A DNA stretch of 53,910 nucleotides, the filler included, from Sluysia triapertura (lineage: Eukaryota): NCBI GenBank assembly GCA_046118255.1. It is 4 parts of 4 records of this genome, joined end to end, with 100 filler letters (N's around TTAATTAATTAA, not from the genome) between each part and the next. Parts side by side here need not be neighbours in the genome. Positions count along the whole stretch, not along the records: positions 28,941 to 41,580 come from JBJNIA010092787.1; 3 more parts are not named here. One strand, 5' to 3'. The stretch's first letter is position 1; each line of letters starts with the position of its first letter. The translations under genes were made by a program, and so were the position numbers. Below, one piece after another: positions 29,007 through 41,097 of this stretch. The notes beneath the pieces were generated by a model. It made no database searches and was not told where the DNA came from. It worked only from the letters and a program-made list of their open reading frames with translations.

Positions 29007-31262
29007 CACTCATGAGGATTAAATCGTTTTAATATTATAAAATTTATAAGAGCACAACAATATATTACATTATAAATTATGCTTTATTTAATTTATTTAA
29101 TTATGATTTATTCAACATAATGGATACTTTAGAATTTTAGATTTAAAATGTACTTTTGATTGCAAAAATGTTATTTATATTGGTGAGAATATTCGAATTA
29201 GAGAAAAAGGTATTTTTTCGATCATTGTTTTTTATAAATACAAAATATGTAAAACTGTAAAAAAAACATAATTTACAATTAGTTTCAAGTGATTAACACA
29301 AGTGTGAATCATAATAATAATTATCATTTTGTCATTGACTACAAGTTTATTTGTAACTTGAATTTCACAATTATTGTGCCATTTTCAATTTTGCATAAAA
29401 GCATTCAATTTAAGCTACCGATGACTTAACATATTTTACACAAAATTATAACGTTAATGAATACATATTACATTTAAGTAAAAAAAATCATATAAAATCA
29501 CATTTAGGAAACATTTAACAGCAGTATACATGAAACAAACTTGGAATGTATTTAAACACCAAAAAAATTATATTCACTGATTTGAATAATAAAATTCAAC
29601 TATATTTTTATCTGATTCACTAAGTTTTTATTTAATACAATTTATTTTTTTATTCCAATCAGTGAATAAACAAATTTCATGCAGCTATCTTGTTTCTTTA
29701 AAAACAATTTACTCACCTTCATTAATTATCAAAAACAGAAAGTTAAAATGAAAAAATACTCAAAATTTAACTCTTCGTCTTAGACATCCATTCACAGATC
29801 GGGTATTAGGTAATATTCTTATCTTGTCGCTAAACAATTTTTATATTTATATTTCTAAATAGATTTAAAAAATTATGTAAACTATAAATCATCCTAAAAT
29901 GCTATTGAATAAGAACAATATCACTTGAAGTTCCAACTCCAATTCCCGTAGTTTTGCCAAAGTCGAGTGTGTAAACCAATGTTATCATGCAACAAAATAG
30001 GAGTCGATCTGTCGATAAATCTAGGTTGTTTTCTTTAAGTATTTGCATTATTTCGTCCATTTGGTTGCATGAAAACACAATGGATAGATCATAATGCGCT
30101 AGATCATTACAAACACTCATCACCAGCCTCTTTCGACAAATATTGTTCAGGTGATTTATCCTTGTCCAACCGATGTGCTGAAAGTTTTCGATTCATTTCT
30201 CATTGAAAGTGACAGTTCGATTCAAAGTCAATAAAGCAAGCTTCCAAACACTTTTGCTTGTTTTTCATTCAGTTCAGTTCATTTCAATTTTACCGATTTG
30301 AGCTTAATAAGTTAATAATGGCTGTTTACCGACTTCAACGATAGACACTCTGAGATAAGTCAGACTCATCAGTAACCATCGGTTCGTCATTTGAAGAATC
30401 CATTTGACAGAGACTGCGGCATAGTAAGATTAATGTCAAATACACTATTAACGTAAAGCGCGGTCTAGGATGCTGCAGTTCCATGTTATAATTCATACTT
30501 CATAATACTGCGAATTTCCGAACATCTTCAACAAAATTAAATTTTTAAAAGTTTTTAATATAATTTAGAAAGTTACAAACGAAATGTATAACTTTCCAAC
30601 AAAAACACACAACGGTAAAATATTAATAAGCTGTTAAAGTTGGCAATATAATTAATTACAAATTTCATCCTTACTAACCTAATAATTTATTCTATATACA
30701 AATTTTAATTAATATAATATTACATCATATATTGTCCAGAAATCCGCCTAAAATCATCCCTCAAAACTTTAACATATATTTAATTTAATTTCTATACATA
30801 TGATGTAAAAGCAGTTACATCGTAATTTTAAATCACAATGTTTATTAAATAAAAATTAATAATTAGTATTTGAATTTTAACTAAATTTTTCACTACATTG
30901 TGCTGCTAGTATAAAATTGCATCCAACTTCATCTGCAGTTTTTTTTCCAAAAACTGAGATTGTTTTCATAAATTAAACAAAATATTTTAGCTTTTAATCA
31001 TCCTAGCACTTCCCAAACTTTGAACAATATATAACAATATTTTAATTAATGTTTACATGTAACATTAAAACAGGTGTAATTTAAAGAGTAGAAAAAATTA
31101 TTTACATTAAAGTTTGGTACAGAAAGCATTTCAAAATTTTTCATCAGTTTTTTAGATGCTTCTAATAGTGCCGCTGGACATTTATATTGACGCAGAAAAA
31201 TTAGATATTTAGTTATAAATAGTCAGTAATTTAGACAATATTATGTATTAAATTTAAAATAC

Positions 31263-32390
31263 CTTTGTGGAACATTGCTAAACACTGTTGTAATATCTTG
31301 AATACTGGATTGATTTGGAGGTTGTTGTTGCTGTTGTGGAGAATGCTGTTGCGGTTGATGTTGTACATATTGTTGTGACAATTGCAGAGTCTTTTGCATA
31401 TTGACAGAAGACTGTGCCGTTAACGGTGAACTTAGCAAAGCTGATGAATTAAACTGTTGATGCTGCTGAGTAGCAAATGTAACTGGTGTTTGTGGAGATG
31501 ATTGTTGAGTAATTAATGATCGATTACGGAAAATTTGAGATTGTGGTTGTTGATGATGTGGTTGTTGTACAGAATGTGGGTTGTTTGTAGATAATGTCTG
31601 TGAATGTGGTGGTGAATGTAACTGATGATACTGATGTTGCTGTGATTGTTGTTGATGATGATACAATAAAGGATTGTGAGAAAACTGCGCGTAACTATTA
31701 GTGTTTGCAGCATTATTATTAGAATTTTGTGGTGCAGTTGTTTGTAACTTGGCACTATTATGAGCGGCATTACTTGTCAATTGAGTAATATAATCTATTG
31801 ATGATGCAGGTGTTGTAGAAGGGTATTTCCGCTTCTGAGATATTTCAGGAGACATGCTCATAACATGGTTGGATGTAGATATATTAGGTTTGATATCCAT
31901 ATTATTCGTATTTATTATCAATGGCTGAGTCGATTGAGGTAATAATTTAATAGTAGGTTGTTGTACTTGGGTCGGACCTTGTTGTACAAGTGGTGTTTGG
32001 GTATGTTGTGGATGTATAGCAGTTTCATTTTGAATTTTAATTCGTTTAGCAGCTGGTTCTTGCTTTATATTACAATTTGAAGGACTCATTAAAGGTGGTG
32101 GTAACTGTGGTTTAGTAATTATAGGAGTTGGCGATGAATTTGTAGTTACCATAGATGCAGTATTGGTTGTAAGAACAGGGCTAATTGATATAGGATTTTG
32201 ATTAGATGTAGGTGTAACAAGTGAAACAGATACCGATAATGGAGTGTTTTGTTGTGTATTAGTACAAATAGATGAAGCTTTGCGCTTCAGATTTGTAAAA
32301 GGAGACACATTGCTTTGATTTGTGTTTTGATGTTGAACAGGTGGTGTTGAAATTGGAGGTGGCATCTTGCATATATCTTTTCCAGTGGAT
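31263..32390 (-). CDS. Large exon encoding a Gln/Ser/Thr/Pro-rich low-complexity region, probably of a nuclear regulator
   Basis: 374-aa ORF with higher GC than its surroundings. ttttattag acceptor at 32391 and AG|gtattt donor at 31262 define a 1128-bp phase-symmetric exon. Contains an IKQE SUMO-like motif and KRK/KRIK basic patches. Confidence 0.7.
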
Positions 32391-33261
32391 CTAATAAAAG
32401 CAATTAATCAAATTGGTTAATAGAACATTACACAGTAAGTTAAGTTCAGTTGATTTATGTTACATAATAATGTCTTAAACTAAAAGTTAATCTTATCTTC
32501 TTGTTCATTGCATCTTTGAAGTTTATTTTATTCTTGTGGTTCCATCCTTCATATTATTCATATGCAAACACAAAATTTTATCTAACACATTAAAACATAA
32601 AAAGCATAGACCATTACCACATCCTCATCACCAAACTTTTAAAATAGTAAATTTATAAATTTAATAATTTTCAAATATTATTTTCATATAACCATTACTA
32701 AATTTTAACTTTTATAAAACATAACTCGCGATTGTCGTCACTATTATTCTTATCACCACCGACACCATTAGTCCGACAAAGAGCTTGAGGATAGCGAGAC
32801 TCAGTGGCTATGTATTTTAACAATAGATTTGCATGTCTATATTCTTTGTGTTACATTATAAACATCGTAATGAAAAAATCGGACCATTTAGATGTTTAAA
32901 ATGGATAAATTTTGCATGCATTTCAGATGGTGATAAAAGCAATCAGGAGTGTTCAAGCTGTCATCATGAGAGTCGAATAATGGACTCGGAACAGTAATAT
33001 AATTAGCGAATTTAAAATTGTATGTACCAGATATCTAAGTGATAATTCAACCATTTACCTAAAATTATGTCACCATACATATTATAACATAAATGTTACT
33101 CCACATACATACAAAACTTCATCTCGAACACATCAAAAAATACTCCATTTATACTATTAAATAACACCACATTAATTCCCACATATCCATTACGGTACTT
33201 TAATTTTTAAAGTAGCAAATATAACATTTTAAAATAATTTTAAACCATTCTTTTCATTTAA

Positions 33262-33492
33262 CCTTTATCGTACGAATGGTTAATATATTAACCATTATTT
33301 TATATCAAAATAAAAAAACTATAGGAATATAGAAAATTCCATTCTCTTTAATTTCGTTTTTGTTTCATAAATCTAGTGTAAATAGTACGTGAGCTGTTAT
33401 TTTAAGTAAATATTTGCACCTGATCACACCTTTTGCAAATTAATTCCGTCCGGCAGGTAATACAAATCAATATAAATAGCGTACGATAAAGG
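33262..33492. mobile_element. piggyBac-type MITE
   Basis: Perfect 13-bp TIRs CCTTTATCGTACG / CGTACGATAAAGG, flanked by TTAA at 33258-33261 and 33493-33496. Confidence 0.85.
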
Positions 33493-36159
33493 TTAATATT
33501 TAAAATTGTTTCAACAATATGAAGTTAAATACGTGATGAATGTGAAAATGTTTATTTCTTTTTTATCATTTGATCATTTAAAAATTCTTTTTAAAATTGT
33601 AACATTTAAAATAATATCGACTTGCAATAAAAGCCTAATATTATATAAAATTGTTTACACTGACAATTAATTTGAGGTCACGTGTGATTAGTCATCGCAT
33701 TTTTCTGCACTATTATCAGTTACTGTATTATTGCCAATCAATTTAAGATTTTCCTTTACATTTATCAAAATCATCTTTCATGTAAAATGTAAAAAGTCCT
33801 TAAAGGTCATGTAGATTTCAGAATATAATAATAATAATAATTATTATTAAAGCACATTTATATTTTCTTTATAAATAAATATAATAATAAATTTATTGTA
33901 ATATCTGCCGATAAATACCCTGAGAATTTTTATATACGAATTTAAATGATATTTTAATTATAAAATAAGTAATTTAAATAAAATATTAGCAAAATTATTA
34001 TTAGTTACTTTCTGATACTATATTATTTCACTAAAAATGAAAAGTTAACATGGTAAAACAACTATAATTCTACTTTACATATTTTATAATAATATAAATA
34101 AGATATGTACAGCTGGAAATTTATATTTATCTATTGTAACTAATTATTGCTATTTTTATTAATATTGTGATATCACGTTTTGGTCACAAACTAAATTCTA
34201 ATTTGTAATAGAAGTGACAGTAATAATAATAAAAATAATAGGATAATAATAATAAAAATAATAACAACAAATTAATTAAATTCTATAATATTTAAAAAAA
34301 TTGAGATAAATACGAAGTAATTACATATAGAAATTATTCATAAGACCTTTTAAGGTCAATTAACAATTATGCATGGAAACTATATCATTGATACAACCTT
34401 TTAAGGTCATAAAAAGAGGCGTTAATATTTCGAATTAGTTTGCTTATAATTAATTTGTTCATAATTATTTTGGTTGTTCGTTGAATTATTTGTTAATTAA
34501 TTGTTAGTTCTATTTCCATGGATAAAAAGTTCTTGAGTCAAATATTCTAGCTTAACACAATTTGAATTCAATAATTACACGTTAGATTTTAATATATGAG
34601 GTTCTCATATGCCTAAGCGACATCAAAAATCCACGCAAAATCTTTTAAAATTATCTTAAGGGTTATTTTAAACTCACAAAGTCTTATTTAAATTTTAACT
34701 ACTTCAATTAAAGTTTAGAAACATTAATTTAGTAAGTTTTATTTTTTTATATAAAATTTTCATATATTTATTCTTTCTTCATAATTGAATTTGGTGAACT
34801 GTAGCTAATTTTTCTTTAATTAAATTGTAATTTATTTTAGTGATTTTAATTATCAGTGACTTTTGAAGGACTATTTTAAATAAGTCCATAAATTAAGGGT
34901 CTGACATATATTTTTAATTTGACGGATTATTTTAAATAAGTTCATGAAATATATTTGTAACTAAACATTTGAAACATTTCAATAAGCCTAAGAGAGTCTA
35001 AAGAGTTTGATTTGAATGTCTTGGTTCGAAATTCGTACTAATAACCAATTAAATTACATTAAGACAAAGACCTTCATAAACTTTGCTTGAAAACCCTTTA
35101 AAACTTTCAAACATTTATTTTTATAACATAGATAACAGTAACGATAATCAGTACTCATTATAAATTTATATTTTCAGTGTTATGTGAAGTAAGTGAAGCA
35201 CAAGACAAAAAATTTCACACAATTTTTATAGAAGTTATGTTGCTTTTTTGAGTTTAACCATCATCAGCTGAACACAGTGTTTGTAGACCATTTCTTACAT
35301 TTTTGTACATCTGTACATCCCCCGTTTGTATGTTCTAAAATGTCATTAAATATAACAACATATTTCTTTTACCTTTTCGTGATAATTATTAATGCAAAAG
35401 TTTTATTTAACAATATTTGATACATTAAAAAATATTAAATAATTTTATTACTTACATAAACTTATTTCTTAATTTATAAAGCATCACTTATATGTACAAT
35501 GGTATATGAAACTTTCATTCAATATTTAATGATTATTTTTTATTATTTTTTTTCCAATAATAATCAATGTCAATTGAAATTTATGTTGTATTTAAAAATT
35601 ATTAATTCATTGTTACCAATAGTTATTATATTAGTGTTATTAAAACAATAGGAACGTTGTGTTATTATTATCATTATATTATCATAATCATTATGATTAC
35701 AATCAATTTTTGTGTCAATAATATACCTTGTGCATTTAAATTTAAAAAAAATTTTAAAAAATGTTGCTTTTTATTCATTTTTTGTGTCACATTTATCTTT
35801 ACAGTCAATATAAGCAGAATTTGACATTTGACATTTGTGTTCAGTCTGTTTTGCACAACGATATCTTTATAAATATTATAAATTCATATTTATGTAGTGG
35901 AAGTTAATTCTGAATTGATTTTTCATGATAGAGATGGAAATGCAAATATTTTCGTCTCAACTCACAATACTAATAATGAATTAAATTCTTGACTCATTAA
36001 GGTATATTTTATAATGATAAAGACAGATGTGCATAAATATTTTGTACAATGAAACTAGATCACTCGTAATTAATTATTTTAATGTTGTACATTTTATTTT
36101 AATTAATTTAGTTTCATTTAGATGTTGTACGCTACTCTAATTTAGATTTTTTTCAAAAA

Positions 36160-36802
36160 TTAAGAAAAGCGGCTTTGCTTTTTCGTAGAATATAAGTTTT
36201 TGATCAAAAAAAGAATTTTAAAGTCCTGATATAAAAATACCAAAGAAGATAATAGGAGATATGGAAAATAATTTGGGAGGACAAGAGGTTTATCATTCAT
36301 TGCTTGAATTGAGTGGAAAAAATTGAAGCAAGGCTCAATCAAGACGAAAATTCGATAAACGTCAGCTACTTAATAGTCCCCCAATATAAGCGTTTTAGAT
36401 TTAGGTTTTCAATGTAATCCAATCGGCTTATAAAACTGTAAACAAATTGATCCATGTTGAAAACGCTTCTTCTGAACTGAATTCGAATTCTATGAATAAG
36501 GTTTTTCCTTCTCACTAACACTATATAGTGGAAAATATGAAAATTAATGAAATAAGATCGTTTACAAAAATTTGGTGACGTTCTAATTTCCATAAATTTT
36601 TATTTTGGACTTTATGAACGCGTACAAGACATTATCAATTCAGTTTAAATGACTCAAATGACTCCTAAATGTTTCTCATAAACGATATTTGTAGTTAAGA
36701 TTCAAGAAAGTATAAAATGTTATAAAATTTGATTCATTTTGATAATTTTTCAAAAATATTACTTTTTAAAGAAATTTGACACTTATTTCTGGATGGAAAC
36801 AG
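36160..36802 (+). mobile_element. Decayed DD39D-type (Stowaway/Guest-like) mariner
   Basis: Frameshifted NSP-NISVLDLGF-NVIQS...VENA-SELNSNSMNKVFL resembles the PNSPDLNVLDLGFF..IQS and LN.VFL.LQ motifs. Right end GACACTTATTTCTGGATGGAAACAG resembles the Stowaway TIR. Confidence 0.65.
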
Positions 36803-36964
36803 TGCCAGTTAATTATGGTCATAATGAATTAAATATTACAGGATTCAAATCGATGAATTATTTTCTCTAAATCACTGAATCTAAAATATAATATTAAATT
36901 GCATTGTCTGGCGACTATGGAATATTTCAAGTTACAAAGAATTTTTTTACTGATACTATATAAT

Positions 36965-37602
36965 TAAGGGGACCAGACGTCCCGATTTTTCACAATTTGT
37001 CCCGCAACGTTTTTCAAAAGTCCCGACTTTTAGAATTAAGTTAAATTTTATATTAATGAAAATCATTGTTTTGCGTTCTAAGAATCCTACGGGCTACGAT
37101 GACTAACATATTGCTTTTGCTACCCAGTTACATTGTATTTGTCTCTCAGATGGTACACTTCGTGTTCGTACTGCGTGCTAGCAAGCTAATTAAACAAATA
37201 AATATTACAAATCTGTTATTTACCATAGAAAATTAAGGTAAGTAATTTATTTATATATTTCATAAATATATAAATTTTCTTAAACTTAGCTTAACATACT
37301 TGTAGTCTTCATATTTTATATTGATGACAAAAAGTATATTACCGACCTTAACCTTAAAAGAAAATTTAGAAAGAAATATAAAATTTACGAATAAAAAATC
37401 TACTGAAACAAATTCACTCAAATAAAAAAAATGTCAAGGAATAAAAATATTATACATTTTTTTATATTTCTAAATTGTACTTATTTTAAAAATGAAAAAA
37501 TATTACGATATTATTTTTTGATTCTGTATGAAAATTTTTGTTGATACTTCCCCCTCCTTCAGAGTTGTCCCGCTTTGCCCATCTAAAAGTCTGATCACCT
37601 TA
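36965..37602. mobile_element. Non-autonomous hAT-like element
   Basis: TIRs TAAGGGGACCAGAC / GTCTGATCACCTTA (12/14 match) with subterminal GTCCCG repeats at both ends. TSD imperfect. Confidence 0.7.
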
Positions 37603-38188
37603 TATTTTACTGAAGCAAAAGTTAAACATAGGTTTGTCGACAGATTCAAGAAATAATAAGTGTCACCTTGATAATTTCTCTATAATTTTCAATTCGTTTC
37701 AATCTGACGGTCTTACATTAATCGTACGCAGATTAAATTATCAAACTTTTGTTCAAATGAATCATTGAAACTCTCTCAAACATAACACTACCGTTCAGTT
37801 ATTTATTTCTCATGCAAATACAATAATACTTCGAAAATATTCGTTCGTTATAAGTTATACAAGTAAGTATGAACTCTTAAGAAATACCTTATTTATATCA
37901 ATGCCCTGCAACAATATAAATAGTGTCCGATGTCTTCATTATCAAACAGTATAAGGTCACAATATTAACGACATTAGTATCATAAATAACAATAATACAA
38001 AAATGACAGAAGGACAACAGATAATTAATGATATATAAATGTAATAAAAATCTAATTTTATTTCAACTTTATTATCAATTTAGAAGCGTATTTACTCGAC
38101 AATTTTGTCCATCAAAAATTTATTTTTACCTCTGTAGTGTTGGGATACAAGTCTAAGGTACCATAGTGTAATTGAGTATTGTTAGACG

Positions 38189-38259
38189 GGGCTGATAGCT
38201 CATGGTAGACCATCGAACTGCGCATCTAGAGATCCCGGGTTCGATTCCCGGTCAGTCCA
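38189..38259 (+). tRNA. tRNA-like (Ala-derived, pseudo) module in the TRIM 5' LTR
   Basis: GGGCTGA/TCAGTCC acceptor stem with G3:U70; A box TAGCTCA-TGG; B box GGTTCGATTCC; then TTTT. Anticodon stem does not pair canonically. Confidence 0.75.
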
Positions 38260-38278
38260 TTTTATGAAGTCTAACATT

Positions 38279-38290
38279 TGGTGAGCCCAC
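38279..38290 (+). promoter_or_regulatory. Primer-binding site of the TRIM (possibly tRNA-Trp type)
   Basis: TGG begins 2 nt after the LTR-terminal CA. TGGTGAGCCCAC resembles the complement of tRNA-Trp 3' ends (TGGTGA(C/A)CCCGAC). Primer identity is tentative. Confidence 0.65.
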
Positions 38291-38433
38291 ATATCGAACA
38301 CCCTTCTGATGTCGAAATTAATGATTTATCAGATGTTTGAGGACAAACATAATGGAATTGGGTGAGATATGTTGGGATAAAGGCCTAAGATGCATAGTAT
38401 AATTGAGTATAATAATCTAAAAATTGTTAGACG

Positions 38434-38505
38434 TGGCTGGTAGCTCAGTGGTAGAGCATCAAACTGCGCAGCGAGAGGTCCCGGGTTCGATCCCCGGTCA
38501 GTCCA
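38434..38505 (+). tRNA. tRNA-like (Ala-derived, pseudo) module in the TRIM 3' LTR
   Basis: D arm TAGCTCAGTGGTAGAGC; T arm CCGGGTTCGATCCCCGG; ends TCAGTCCA. CGCAGCGAGAGGT resembles the tRNA-Ala anticodon and variable region. Confidence 0.75.
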
Positions 38506-39481
38506 TTTATGAAGTCTAACAGTAGGTTCAAATCAACACACTGTGATTTATAGCTTATTTTAATTTTGTTGTGTTCTACTTACAAATGATTGACAAATTT
38601 GTTCACATGTTGAAAAGAAATGAAACACAAAATGCACACCATATTGACTTAACAATATTGACTAAACACACTTGATATATTCTTCACACCAAGTGGTGTA
38701 CCTAAAATTCCAAAATTCCCAAATAAAAATCAATAATTAAATTGCATTTGCGCAAGCATAGAATCTTCCTTGAAATTATACTAATGCTTCAATATACTTA
38801 TAAAATAGCATTTTGAGTTGCACTTTAATGAAAAATATCCTTTTTATAGTATTTTTTTTGAATGTTATTCTATCTTATCCTTTTCTATGTTTAATTCTAT
38901 TATTACAGACAACAATCTCAATCTTAATTTATTGTTAAAATATTATTAAAATTTTACTCACTTTGTCTTAATTTTCAATACTGTCTTATATGGAAACTTA
39001 AAAAAGTTGTAATGATCTCAAAACCTTCAATCGGATTATAATCTTAACTTCAATTGTATATTATATTGAATACTTTTAACTACTCTGTTGTTCGATAGAG
39101 ATGAAAGTACAATTTACGAATATTACGAATATTTTTGCTTTCTCATTTTGCCCATCAGTGCAACAAATAAATTAATTTTTAAACTATATTCACTTAAAGT
39201 TTTACTTAAACGATACAGCAATTGTAGTTTTATGTAAACTTCTAACAAAGGAATTTTTTAATTATTAATTGATGAAAAATTAACTTTGACGGTAATACTC
39301 GCCGGTTAAAATATTTAACAATATTTAACACCTTTTAACATTTCAATTTGAAGTTATTTTTTAAGTTTAGCCATTTTTTCTCAATTCATGTTTTGACTTT
39401 TCGCAAAATAATTGTTAAATTTATTTAGAGGTATAATTTTCTTTTAGCTCATTTTGAATCTAAATATACACATTTTGGTCG

Positions 39482-40287
39482 TGCTATGGTTTCTTCTAAC
39501 ATTTAACCTACGACAAAATATTTCTTTAACAGGGTCCAGTTACAGTAAACGTCTTACAATGTGTAGTTGGCGTTTCTGCAACTTGATAAGTTAATAACTA
39601 CCTTAATTCTAATCCTACAGCCTTAAAACTTACAGTCAAATTTAACACTCGAGGGTCTATATTCAATAATACTTTACAAATACATTTACAATTTTAATAT
39701 AGTCAATAAAACCAAAAACTCAAAAACTTTATTAGTTAAAAAATCCAACAATTTAGACAAATTATAAAACTTATAAGAAGAAAAGAGAGTTAAAATCAAA
39801 TAAGTTATGATTATTTAAGTTAAAACTGTTTTCAGTCTTCAACTTTTATTACTAAGGCGTTAATTTATCTGTAATTTACCACTCAATATATCGGGAAACC
39901 TTATTCTTTCTTTAAAAATTGAAATTTAAGTATATTTTAGAATATTAATCTTATTAATTAAAATTAATATCGCCTTATAAAAAATAGCTCACTGTTAACA
40001 TGGATCTTGAAACTCCTCCAAGTAATTCTTAATCCTTTGAACAAGCTAGAGCGATTGAGAACTCCATACAATGAATTTTGCAAATGGCTGCTTTCTAAAT
40101 TGATGAATTAATGGAGATTCTCATTAAACGGATGCCAGCCAATGAGAATCGATGGAATGTTCTAGAACATTCTAGAAGCTTCTATTCTGTTTTTAGAAGC
40201 TAAATTCCTTTTTTGGAAAATAATTATTTTTAAAGTGATTTTAAAGTATTTTTCATGATTTTAGAGGGTTATAATGACAACCTAACA
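39482..40287 (-). mobile_element. 806-bp solo LTR (Gypsy-like, 4-bp TSD)
   Basis: TGCTATGGTT...AACCTAACA termini. GTCG duplicated at 39478-39481 and 40288-40291. On the minus strand: heat-shock element and CCAAT, then TATA-like, then AATAAA. A homologous copy lies at 8195-8688. Confidence 0.7.
40154..40183. promoter_or_regulatory. Heat-shock element (six alternating nGAAn units) inside the solo LTR
   Basis: GAAtgTTCtaGAAcaTTCtaGAAgcTTC with perfect spacing; CCAAT box at 40139-40143. Confidence 0.7.
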
Positions 40288-40940
40288 GTCGAAATTGGTA
40301 TACACAAAATTGTGGTAGAAATAGTGTTAATGTTCAGTCGATATTCTATCAGAATCCAAAGGTAATATTCAGTCGTTAAAATATTTAATATTTATTATTA
40401 ATATTCTACCAAATTTTGACATTTATTGGTCGCATAGCGTCTTCATTAGAAGCAACTTCTCTTTAATTCAATATTTTACTTTAATTTTATAATAATTTAT
40501 ATGCGTTGGTGTTACACTGTAGCTGTATAGCCATTTATCTCTACATAATAGTTAATTATAATATATAATATTGTTTTATTTTGTATTTTCTCTATATTTT
40601 AATTGATTATAATTCATTTTATAATTCTAACGATACACTTTATTCATCTTGTTAGTTGGTACTTGTTAGTGTTTGTTAGTATTCATTTCTAGAGGTGTTT
40701 CCATGTTTTATTGGTAATTTTAATACTTTTGGATTCTTTCATTTCCTTTTATTGCTTGTTTTATTTTATCTTGGTTTTTCTCAGTGTTTTTTGGTATTAT
40801 TAAGTTTGAAATTACAAAGAAAGTACCGCACCATCTTCGTTAAACTTTTGTTATATTTATTTGTATAATTTTATTTTAAAACCTTTAAGGATGTTCACAA
40901 GTTTATCATCTTGTTTCCACAAGAATTGCTATTAAACAAT

Positions 40941-41097
40941 TGTTAGACTTCGTAAAATGGACTGACCGGGATCGAACCCGGGACCATCGTCTGCGCAGTC
41001 GATGCTCTACCACTGAGCTATCAGCCCCGCCTAACAATTTCAGATTTATTATATTCCATTATACTACTTGGCACTTTTTAGGCCTTTTACCCCAACA
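40941..41097 (-). mobile_element. Solo LTR of the tRNA-bearing TRIM family (minus strand)
   Basis: Reverse complement reads TGTTGGGG...GAAGTCTAACA. CAAT duplicated at 40937-40940 and 41098-41101. Confidence 0.9.
40958..41027 (-). tRNA. tRNA-like pseudo module inside the solo LTR
   Basis: Reverse complement GGGCTGATAGCTCAGTGGTAGAGCATCGACTGCGCAGACGATGGTCCCGGGTTCGATCCCGGTCAGTCCA, then TTTT. Confidence 0.75.

Larger units (their letters stand above)
38138..38521 (+). mobile_element. Complete non-autonomous miniature LTR retrotransposon (TRIM) with tRNA-containing LTRs (Helenus/Cassandra-like)
   Basis: Two direct repeats, 38138-38276 and 38370-38521, each TGTTGGGA...GTCTAACA. PBS-like TGGTGAGCCC at 38279. 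Purine-rich GGAATTGGGTGAGATA directly before the 3' LTR. GTAG duplicated at 38134-38137 and 38522-38525. The 93-bp interior is non-coding. Confidence 0.92.

Noticed and set aside
29902-30510. Minus-strand coding region, possibly gag-like
   Set aside because: Many stops and frameshifts and no diagnostic motif.
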